DNA of 64,000 bases from Podarcis pityusensis (taxonomy: Eukaryota), in the NCBI GenBank assembly GCA_964106645.2, contig OZ067054.1; one strand, given 5' to 3'. The notes under the pieces were generated by a model. That model was not told the origin of the DNA, made no database searches, and saw only the letters and a list, made by a program, of their open reading frames with translations. Shown here in pieces: positions 28,101 to 40,100 of the stretch. The position numbers and the translations under genes were made by a program. Numbering within the stretch: position 1 is the first letter of the stretch; each line of letters opens with the position of its first letter.

Positions 28101-31100
28101 AACCCAGACCACTGAGCAGCAGCAGGATTTCAAGCAGGGAATTGGCTTCACCCTGCACCCTCAAGGTTAGTTCAAAAGCTGGGCACATCAAACACCCACC
28201 TCAGTCCTGGGTACTTCACTCCTCCCAGGGAAAGTAGTAAGTTGTATAGTTATCTCTGATTTGGGGCACAAATCCCTACCCCACAACAATACAACTTACT
28301 ACCTCACCCCAGCAAGAGCAACGTCACAAAGCCTCAGCGTCAGGCAACTGGTTCTTCCCCCATCTGAACAGCCAGTTTTTTAAAAATCCTGCAAAATCCT
28401 TTCACATAGATCTGAGGAGAACACTCATGCAGACGATCCACTCCCCAAGCCACAGCAAGATCCAGGGAATCCTGCCTACAAGATCTAATGACACACTATC
28501 CCACTATTAACCCCCATCCCCAAATTTCTTTCCACATATAGGGATGGAACCAAGGAACTCAGGGGCTTTGATTCCAAATTTCATTCTTGAGCCCATGTTC
28601 TTTCCTCCTGAGCTAGGCGTGGTTTCTCAGTGGCTTCTCTCTTCTTCAATGCTGGCACGGCGAATTGTGAGTCCTCATAGGAAAGACAGTAGATTGTATA
28701 GTTATCTCCAAGACCGGGTGTGACCCTAAAACTATACAATCTACTACCTCATCCCAGGGGGCCCAGGAATAGCATCTGCTTCAGCTGAGCTGAGGAAAGA
28801 AGACACCATACAGACATAGAGTAAGGGAACAAATTACCTGGAAGGTTCTGCTCAGCAGAGCTGTTTGACTGGGGTAAGGCTCCCTGCAGAGGGGGGAAAA
28901 AAAGTAAGTGAAGATTCATCTGATTAAAACTCATCGGAACAGGAAACTGCCTATGTAGCTTCTGACACCCAGGACAAGGAAAGGAGGCAGAAGCTTCAGG
29001 TCACAGCTGTACCTTCCCTCTAGAGTGGTACCTCTGGTTACGAACTTAATTCGTTCCAGAGGTCTGTTCTTAACCTGAGGCGCACTTTTGCTAATGGGGC
29101 CTCCCGCTGCCACCACGCCACCAGTGCGCGACTTCTGCTCGCATCCTGGGGCAAAGTTTGCTACCAGAAGACCTACTTCCGGGTTAGCAGAGCTTGTTAC
29201 CCGAAGCGTTTGTAAGGAGGACAGTACGTAACCTGTATGCCTTTTGCTACAACAGCTCTGCCGATTTTCATCTAGTCCAGTGAGGCACATCTATCAAAAT
29301 GTTCTCTTCTACATAGAAGCAAGCATTCTAAATACTGCTGGAAAATGTGTCAATAAGTTTTCCTTTCTGTAATTGGTTGACAAAGATATCCGGCTTGTAC
29401 AGATTATATACAGAAAAATGTCAAGATATTCTATTCCCTCAGATCCAAAAACAATCTTGCTAAACTGTCTTAGATTTCCTTCTCCTTAGTTGAGATTTAA
29501 CAGCTAAATTCTTTATTGAAAAAATAAAAGAACGACCACTTTCTCTTCTGCAAATGTTTGGAACAATGGCTAAAGATATGAATCCAATAGAATTACATCA
29601 ATGAGTAAACTTCCTGACAATGTCCTCGTAGCATTCATTTGACAGGCAGAGATATGAAGAAACACATTAAAGTGTGTCCATCCCTGTCTCTGCTAACTAT
29701 TATGACTGTTACCATATTCCACTTACTGCCGGTGTCTCTATTCTTGATAACACCGTTTCTTTTGTTCCTGTAACAGGGTGTGGGTGGGGTGTTTTTTAAA
29801 AAAAGAACAGACGTAAGACCTGGCTCTAGGAAGGGAATGTGGTGACTTTCCTTCTTACAAAGAGCTACAGTGAACGTTCGGGTTGCAATTCAGCACTTCT
29901 GCACATGCATCGAAACCTGGAAGTAACCTGTTCTGGTACTTCCGGGTTTGGCGTGGTGTACAACCCGAAAATGCACAACCTGAATCGTCTGTAACCTGAG
30001 GTATGACTGTACTAAGAAAGATCGGTTCTCAGTCTAGTGTCTGAGTTTCTGCTTGCCTTCCTGATAGGAAAGAAAGGAACAGAGGTTTATTCTCTGATTT
30101 CATCTCTGTCTGCCATGTGCAAAAGAGCACACAGACATGTGGAATTATATACTGAAATGACAGCAGGGGTTTCTATTTTGTGTTTTCCCTTATATACCTA
30201 AGTGAATGAACATCCCCAACTTTATTTTAAGGTGGCCCACTTGCCACAATTTAAAGTTTACCAAAAAACAGTTTCACATCTTTGCTCTGGAGCAAAACAG
30301 ATTTGCTGTCTTATCAAGCTACCAAGACCTAAACGCGTCTGCTGGCATTTTCATTCCGAATTATAGGTACTCTGCTTCTCATTTACAACCCAGTTGCATA
30401 TATTCAAGGTGATATTCAACTGATTCGCTCTACTAGTGCAAGCATTACCACGTTCCCTGCTTGCAGTCCATGCCCTCCCTGAAACTTCTCCTGAGGATTT
30501 GGGGAAACACCCCTAGAACAGATTTAGGGATGCACAGGAGGAGAGTGTTCCATTGTGCAAGCAGAAAGCCTTGCGCTAACTTAACAATTGCCTTAGTGCT
30601 ACAATGAATACAACTCTTAGTCCTGTCCCCCCACCCCAGTCACAATGCAGCTTCCATAATGAAAACCATACCAGATGAAATCAGCCCTGCTGAAAGTTTG
30701 CCATTCAACAAGCTTTTAAAAAAGGTCACAGATGTTCAAGTTGGGCTTCTAACCTGGGCATTTTGCTCTTTGTCTTCTGCCTCCTTGGCCTTGTCTGCAA
30801 CTTTGGCCTCCTCCTCAGCCAGCTGTTTTCGCCTCTTCTCTCTACGCTCCTCTAGTTCCTCATCTCTCAATGCCTCCAGGTGGTTGATAATGGGAACTTT
30901 GACCACTGGATGGAGAAAAAGCACCAGATTAAATAGAGCCAAACAGAGGAGGGCCTGCATTGGCTGAAGCAAGGGAAGTTACTTGTTAGCTCACCTGACA
31001 CACAGTCATGCATGCTTTCTGCATCTAGTACTTTGCATTCTTCTGTCCAGCGTGTCAGGGCAGTAGGGATGCTTGACAAGGTTCCTATAGAAAGAAAAGT

Positions 31101-34100
31101 GGGGGACATATTACTGATAAGCCAATCCATACAACAGCTCACCAACACCCTCAAGACCCACAGCTGTGCTGTTGGCCACCCACTCTCCGCATCTGCCTAA
31201 CAGCTGAAAATGTGAACTGACTCCATTGATAAAGATGTCTGAATTGATGCACAATGGTATAAAACGGTTGTAGGCACCTGACTGCTAATTCACAAAAGGT
31301 TCTTTTGCAGTCTCCAAAGCATCCCTCAAATTTTTCCATTTAATTTTTTTTAAAAAGAAAAATTGAAATTTCAAAAAAGTGTTACTGACCAACCACTCCC
31401 AAAAAGTCCTGCTTTGGAAGGTAGCCTTGAGAACTTTAGTTCTCACTGCACCCATATTTACACTTTGGCTCCCTGAGGGCTGACCATAGGGTCGATGTGG
31501 CCCCAAAAGGGTCAGCCATTCCCACTGTAGAGTTTCAATCTATTGGTCCTTTTGATTTTACCTACAAATCTAGTAAACAGTCTTAAGGACTTGCCTGCCT
31601 GGCTGGTGGCTGTGCTCTGGTCATGGAAGAAGTCATCCAGCAACTCATCATCTGAGCGAGCGATTATGTGCACGTCGTCGTTGCCTACTAGAAGGCGAGC
31701 TCGACCTCTGCTTTGTAGTGGGAGGCTACTGCTTAGTTGAAGAATATCTGCAGCTGCTGAAGGGCCCAACAACCTAAGGAAGACATAAAAGGAACACTTG
31801 TTTTCCTACACAGAGATGCAGTGACTTCTAAAAGAGTCCCCCAGTTCTCAGAACAAGATTATGGGGAACACAGGGGCAAACCAAACTGGGTTGGGATGTT
31901 GCCAGAACAATTCACTGTTCTGTATTCTACAGCTTTTGGCAAAATGTGATACTCCTCCACTCCCTCAAGTCTCACCTCTGCAGGATCAGAGGTGGGTTGG
32001 GCTGGCGGGTGCCAGGGTAATGAACATGGATGGTATGGCCAGTGTTTGCTGTCAGCTGCCGAAGGGTCCTCTGGCTGCGGCCAATGCCTTGCGCCAATCG
32101 CGTCGTGGAGGAGCCACTACCCAAAGTCAAGGAGCTATGGTCTGCATGCCGTACCATGAGTGGATGAGTGGCAGGAATATTGCCAGGTGATGGAGGAATA
32201 TCCGCTGGGAATAGAAATAGGCAAAGTTAGCAAGCCAAGATGGAGCTTTGAAGACATACAAATATAATTTCCCTGGAGACAAGAACTAGCCTGAAATAGG
32301 GTCAACAAAGTCATAATTACAAAGCCTCCCAAATTCCAGAGCAACTTTTTGGAGCTAGAAAACAGATCATGTGCTAGAACACAGCACTGATCATGGATAA
32401 GGCAGGAAAAGGAACTGAGATGAAGCTGAATGTGGCCAAAGCCTGGTTGCCTGATCCTGCCTGTTCTGGGCAGTGGGAGGAGACAACCCATTACGTGGAT
32501 GCTTCCGTCCCACTGGACAGAGAATGCTATTCCATTTCAAATAAAAGCCCAGCTCCCTAGTCCATAGGATGTGGGGGAAAGCTTAGCATCCTGGCTCCCA
32601 GCCCCCCCAGAATCAGCCATGTCCTGTGGCTTTCCAGTTTTTAGAGTTCTTACTGGCGCTGGAGAACATGTTGTCAAACTCAATGATGAGGTCATCTTCA
32701 CGGTCAAAGCGCTCAAAACGCACCAGTGGGGAGGCATTCATATCAGGGTAGTCTTCATCTAACTCCATCTCGGAGCCATCATCGTCATCTTCCTCCTCTT
32801 CGCCTTCCTCACCTTCTTCATCATCCTGGAGGGAAAGTTATCACCAAACACAAGGCTAAGCAAATGCCGGCTAGAATATGGCATCCTGAAAACCAGTCTT
32901 CATACCGCCTCACTCCAACTTCAGTCACTCTCTTTACCTGGCACCACAAACTGAGGCAAGGAAATTTTTGGCTCTCACACTATAAATTACTCTAGATCTA
33001 AAACCCAAACATCATGGTGCCTAGCTCCCATTAGCTCCCCAATAAAAACCTATTACATGCTGTCCTCAATTGTGACCACCCCTTCCCTGTTATTTTTGAC
33101 ATCTGTCCCACAGCCTCCTATGTTAAGATCATAAAGCACCCACTGGAAAGACTTCTGCACTGCCTTTCCTTCAATGCCCTTACCTGGTCATCTTCATCCT
33201 CCTCCTCCTCTTCTTCCTCTTCATCCTGACTATCATCTTCATCCTCATTGCTGCCACTGCTGTCTTCCTCCTGTGTGTGCTCCTCTTCATCTTCAGGATC
33301 CAGAATATTCATAGAATCTAGAGAAGATTAGAGAGTGTAGCTATGGTGAGTTGGCCCCTGCAGGTTAAGCGAAGATTCTTCCAGTTACCTTTCTGGCAAG
33401 TTCTATCTTCAAACTCCTTTTGCCAGACAGGCAAAACCTCACAAAGCCAGGTCTCAGAAACCTCCCCCTCCTCTTGCTTCTCTTACGAGAGTGCAAGCCT
33501 ATAACAACCCTTCTGCATCATGCTAGTTCACCCTTCTCTTGCACTTACCCTCCCCCTCCCCCTCCAGGGACTATAGGCACTTCTACTGACTCCATGTAAC
33601 ATCGTAGGCAATGCCTCACCTTCCCTGTTGGCCTGTAATGTGGAAGCCTGGCTGAGATTGGAAGGTGCCTCATCCATCAACACATCCTCCTGAGACTCAT
33701 CCTCTCCACTTCGGCCCACTGAAGGACATAAAGGATGTGTATAGGGCTTAGCAAAGTTATGAGCAAACAACCCTCTCCCTTTAGAGGACCTTCTGGGCAG
33801 TCCCTAAACTTGATGGCCATTTATCTTTGAGTGCCCGTTATGGTCCTGATGTGATGCTGCTTTCCATATACAGATGGCAATTTTCTTGGCAGTTATAAAG
33901 CTACCATGACAAGCCTCTTGCCTCTCAGAAGTTACCCCACCCACCAATAATTGTATAGGAATAGATTATCTCTATAATGGGCGAAAAAGCAACACGGACA
34001 TATATCTGATACAGCACCCATGCTGTGTGATAAAGAAGAGCTGCAGGGAGGAGGAAGAGAGAAGAACAGTAGATGATCTCTACCTGGAGTGGTCTTATGA

Positions 34101-37100
34101 GGTAGGATTCTCTACAGCAAAGCAAAAAATGCATTTGGTTCCCTCAGAGGCCACACAGAGGAGGAAAGGCAGAGAGTCCAGAGATCCTGAAGGAAAGTTC
34201 TGAGGCAAAGTGTTGGGGCTTTGTACTCACCTATTATTGTACTATTCCCTGAGCCACCATCCTGCTCTAAAAGCTCATCGATCAGGTCCTCTAGCTCATT
34301 TTCCACCTAGAAGATGGTAAAGACAAACACACTGGTGATCTCCAGTTCTTTACAATCAAGTCTCAAAACCGTAAAACAAGCTGCATCACCCTGACTTCTG
34401 AAACAAGTCTGATTTGTGCTCTACCCAAGTCACATGCTATATACGACAGGCACCCCAGCCTCAGGTATCACAATCTAAATTAAGCAAGCAAAGGGTCATT
34501 TCAGTTTGTGCAGCTATCCAGATTGTACTCATTAATCTCAGAGCAAAGCTGTGATCAACAAGTCTTCATTTACACACTCCTCTGCATATAGCCCTAAATA
34601 AATTGCAACTTTAAGCAACACAAGCAGGAATGGAAGCGATCCCAGCTATAGGTCACCAACATCCCATGCCTTAAAACCTGTGGCCACCTCCTGCATGCAA
34701 TACAGGCAGGGTCCCTGCAAGCCACCATCAATACCTGCATCTCCTGCGTGCTCAGCACCTCAGGCTGTCCAGCAATCACCACGGCATCGCTCTCCGTTTC
34801 ACCATCCATGATGTCACCATCTGTCACTTCTGCTTGGGCCACATCATGGTCCTCCTCCGGGGCCTCTGCTTCCCCGCTCTCCCCTGTAAGTCAAGGTCTC
34901 AATATTACCTTCTCAAGTCATCCTTGAATTAGCTTAAGTGGCAGACTAATGGAGACTCATAATGGAAGTCAGAAAAATTCCAGGCCAAGGAAAGGAGGGG
35001 GTGGCAGGTGTGGATCTTATCGTGGAACAGGTTGATGAAAAATCACAGAGAAGAGGTACGTGACCCATAAACAATGGATGCTGAGGATGGCATACCTGCA
35101 TCTTGTTGGCCACTGTTGGCATCTTGTGCTGCTCCCTGAGCATCCTGCTCCGCCTTGCTCTTGCTCGAGGCACTTTTGCTACCGAAGAGACTACTGGGCT
35201 GATTGACAATTCGTGATAACGTTTCCAAGGGTTTCAGGGCTGCATTTACTGTGTTGGCCATGTTGGGACTTGGAGGAAAAACACATGCCAATATAAGTTT
35301 CCAGACTGTGAACAAAGGTCTTAATAGCAAAGCTAACCTTAGCTGGGGTAGAACGAAGAGAAACCTCTAGTGGGAAGATGTCATGATTCTACCTGCTCTC
35401 TCAATATGCCAATTCAATTATGTTCTAGAGATAGGGGAAAAAACTTTCTAAGGCCAAATCTTAATGGAAGGGATTGTATCTGTCTTCTACATTTGGTCTT
35501 GTACTGGTCCCCTACACCAACTGTTCAACATCATCCCTGATCATGAAGGAGGCTCCGTTCCGTCTCCTTGCGGTTAAATAAGCCACTTACCTGGACAGAT
35601 CAAGGCTGTGAGGCACCCTGGCCAGGTCATTGACCAACCCCTTCTTGAGGAAGAGGCGGATGATGTTGTTCATGCCATTGTGCTGGGTCTTTGCTGTGGC
35701 ATTGCTGTAGAAGCTAGAGGTGGATGGGCATGATTCCATAATGGTGCTGATGATGCACATGACAGCTTGCAGCCTAGAGAGTGGAAAGTGACATTTCTTT
35801 ACTTCCAGAACAGTGTCATGGTTAGCAAATCCTGCAGTAACCTGCCCTAATCCCTGTAACAGGAAAGATCTATTTTCCTGCAGCAAGTATTCTAATTTAA
35901 TAAAGTGACAGAGAACCTGTGACCCTCCAGATATTCTACAGCTCCCATCCTCCCTGCCATTAGCCATGCTGGCTGGGACCAATGGGAGCTAGTGTCCAAC
36001 AACTTTTGGCGGGCCAGAAGTTCCCCATTCCTGATTTACAAAATATTGTACCTGAAATTTTTATAGTCGTACCTTGGCTCCTGAATGCCTTGGTAATTGG
36101 ACATTTTGGCTCCCGAATACCACAAACCCGGAAGTGAGTGTTCCAGTTTGCTAACATTCTTTGGAACCCGAACATCCAACATGGCTTCCGATTGGCTGCA
36201 GGAGGTTCCTGCAGCCAATCAGAAGCCATGCTATGGTTTCTGAACGTTTTGGAAGTTGAATGGACTTCCAGAACGGTTTCCGTTCAACTTCCAAGGTACG
36301 ACGGTACTACTAAAAAGAAACATGATTTAGTCAAGACCTTTGCTGGGGTGCAAAGCTACAGGAACCTATTACAGGAGAGTTGTCATACAACACCCTCTTC
36401 TCAAGTGCTAATCAATCCTCAACACCTTCCAGCTCACCTGGCATGCTTTTCAGTACTCTCTGTCATGGCCAGTGCCCGACCCAGGGCTGCCTTCACCTCA
36501 TTCACCAGGGCCACCTGGGCATCTGTGCCACTACCTGCGGCAGCCAAGCTGGCTAGGAAGAGGCGCGCCAAGGCTGGTGTATCTTTGTCTTCTGCATTCT
36601 GGGTGTGAGGGAGCAAATGGTCCAGCACAAAAGCCAACACACTACAGTCCTGGAAAGACAAAATGAAAGATAGTAGCGAGAGCAGGCCAGGGTGGCCTAG
36701 TCATCTTCTTTCATCAGCAGCTCCTCCTCCCAAGCAGTCTAACCAAACTCACTCCTCTTCTCTGGAACCTAGCAGTGCTGGCCCCAAGTCTTATTTTGCA
36801 TTTACCCCACTCCTAATCCACAGTTCCTTAGGCTTGTTTCGTTCTTCCAGGGCTTCTCACCTCCTTTATCAGCTCAGACTGGCCCACAGTATAGTTGTAG
36901 TTGGCAATTAAGGTGGCAATGCCAACATATGAGCGCACAAGCTCTGCCAGCAGCCTCAAGATGGTGGATGTAGGCATAAGTGGCTTGCTTCCCTTAGCCT
37001 TCTGCTTGTTCTCCTCTGCTGCTTTATCACCCTCCTTATCCTTCTTGTTTTCTCTTGATTCTTCAGGAGTGGAGGCTGTAGGACACAAGGGAAAAGGAGA

Positions 37101-40100
37101 ACCAGTGAAAGAACTGCTCCCTGCCTCCCTCCCCACAAAGTTTCGGGAGAGACATGGTTCCAGTATGGCAGATGGGGCTTGATCTCACTTTCAGGAAAAA
37201 GACTGAGGGGCCCCATCTTTACAACTAAGAGAAATGAGACTGGCGTCCCATCACTTGAAGTGACTGAGCAGGGGAATGTCATTTTGGGTCTGTTTTAATC
37301 AGGGACTAGTATTTCCAATCGCAGGATAGCTTGAAGGGAGATCCCCGGAGAGGCATTAAGACACTGTTGTGTCTAATCAACAAAGATAAGACTTACCATC
37401 TCCTTGGGGAGTTCCAGACTGGGGAGTCTCAGCAGCTGCACTATCAGCAGCAAAAACCTGAGCCTAGAGAAGAAGGACAAAGGCAATGAACAAAATGGTG
37501 CCGAATGGCCTAAAATCCACCAACAGAGTTCCACACATGACAAGGCACTACAGTTTTCACTGCCATCTGCTACTTTGGAGCAACAGAGAGGTGGAATACA
37601 CAGAGGTCTCAAACCGTAAGAAATCAGAGGAGCAGTCAACATCTAAACAATGCTTCAGAAACAGTCCACAACCCCCAACAACTGAAAACCTCAAAAAGCA
37701 AAAGGAAATAAAAGAGCAAAAAATGAGATGCTATGGGATTCATGATACTGCTGCAGAAAAAATGGCTCAATGATTTTGACAGCTGATAGATGTTACTGTG
37801 GAGTTTGGGTTTTTGCTTCTGGCAGACTCACATTGATGCCAAAGCCGGTCTGAGAGTCAAAGTCACTGCCCTGACGGGTTAGAGAGCGATACTGCTGGTA
37901 CATATCATCTCCAATTTCTTGCAGGATCTGGCTCATCTCCTGGTTAGTACTGCTTGCCTTGGGTTCAGACTTGTCTGCTGGAGAGGGGAAATGAAACCAT
38001 GACCACCATTGACAATGTCTCTTCAGAGAACGGTTATACATATATACATGGCAAATTCAAAGTGTTTATTTCAAGAAGCTGGTGTGGTGTTTATCTTACA
38101 CCCAATTCCATGATCTGAAGACTTGCTGAAAGAAAAGCACTTTGTTATTACTAGTCTTTTGGGGATGGGAAGTGAAATGGTTAATACGGGGTTCCAGCTT
38201 TAATAAAAAGGACTGCTCAGAAGGGAGCTTCTGTTCAGGCAACATGAAGTCCTCCTCAACGGAACGAGGCCCTTGGTTCCCCCATGCACAGAAATTCCCA
38301 CCCATCCTGTCCCAGGCTGTCATGTACCTTCATCAGGGGCATGGTAGGCAGCCAGAGCATTCAGCATGTCATAGATCACCTCCTTGATAGTGTCAGGTAT
38401 GACAGGCAGTGGTGAGGGCTTTACTGGAGTGGTTTTTACCAGCTGCACAGCGTTGGGGCCCTTGATCCGCAGGTTCTCGAATTCGTCATCAGAGGCTTGG
38501 GGAGCAAAAGGAGAAATAATAAAAAAAACTAGAGCAGCCAACACTGGTAAAGGAACCTGGGACTTAAGGAGGGAAGGGGCTTAGTTCTTTGCCATTTTTC
38601 CAGCTGCTTTTTATTTTGGCACAAGATTACTATGGGATTCATAGTTCTCTTCTATCTCTGACCCAGATCTCCTTCTACCTCAAATTATGATGAAGATCCT
38701 TGTGCAAATGGGCACACAGCATTAGCGTGGACACTGTAGGAAAACCAGCAGGGTTCTGAATTACTTACCAGTTCCAGAGCCACGGGGAGCAGGCAGGGCA
38801 ATGCGAATGCAGCCATTGGCCACCTCAGTGAAGATCTCTGGGTTGCGGCAAGCAGCTGGGCCCAGCACTCGCAAAATGTAGTTGATCTCCCGAGAGCCCA
38901 AACTGCCTGACACGACACCTGAAGTTGTGCTGCCTGCTCCACTGGTGGCTGCTGAGCGCACAACCTGAAACAGACAAAAAGAGAAATGTGTGTTCATACT
39001 GGCAATTGAAAAAGCCAGTTCTAATGGACAAGGCAATGGAGATTTCAGGAAGCCCGAGCAATTACTGAAGCAGCAACACTTTCCATATGCTGTCTGAGCT
39101 GAGTCAAGTCTCCTCTTTAGTGTGCAAGACCTATACAGAAGAAAGCTTCTAAGACTCTACCTTCTCTATGGTGAAGTCAGCAGAAGCAAGCCATACCTTC
39201 TCCATGGTGTGATGGAGTGTGCAGGGATCCTCGATTATGTGTCGGAAAAGAAGGGTGACAAGAGGCGTGAAGCCGTTGAAGCCAGAGCTCTGCGTGAGAC
39301 CCAGGATCATGCGTGTGCTCTTGAGCTCTGCAAACATCATGGCGTATTTGTGGTGGCGGGTGAGGCGCAGACAGAGGCGCAACGTGGCGTGTAGTGTGTC
39401 CGGTTCCACAGGAACACCCAACATGCTGACACAGGCACGGATCAACACGGTAACCATTTCCTCTGTCAGGCCCTGGATGAGGATCTCTGATGGTTTGGCC
39501 TCTTCTGAAGGTGCTTCCTTCTCAAGGGTGAGACTCTCAGTAGAAGCAGGGCTATCTGATGAGGGAAGATAAAATAGGTCTGAGGTTACAAGTTCCAGTC
39601 TCCTACTTTATAGGTAACTCAGTGATGAGACTACATATTCAGTACCATTTGCTTTCTCCTCCTTAGGCTTGCTTTCCACCTCCTTGCCTTCCTCCAAGGT
39701 TCTCTCCAGCTCTTGTCCATTGCCCTCTTTCATACTCTTACTGAGCCGGGGCACCCTGAGCAAAGTCAACATTACTGGACGCCTGTTCCCAGTTTCTTCA
39801 TTCACCTGATTAAGGAAACAAGAGGGAGGTTAAGACTACCATACCCCATGTGCCCAACGACCTCAGAGAACACCCATGACAACATTCCCAACGCCTATAC
39901 CTGCACCATTGTAGTGAATTGCACAGTATAGCGCCGACGGCCAGCAGTGAAACGAACACTGGTCTCTCCTGCTTTCCACGCTGTGTCGATGGTGCTGTTG
40001 TTGCTTGCACTATAGCTACACCAACGGCCTGAGCGATCGTCAAACCAGCGCCAGTTGTTGCCATTGGCTTGGAGGTACTGGAGAGAAAGAATACAGATTC

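Noticed and set aside
27788-30753. Third let-7 hairpin in the cluster
   Set aside because: No further UGAGGUAG/AGAGGUAG-seeded hairpin seen in the adjacent introns.
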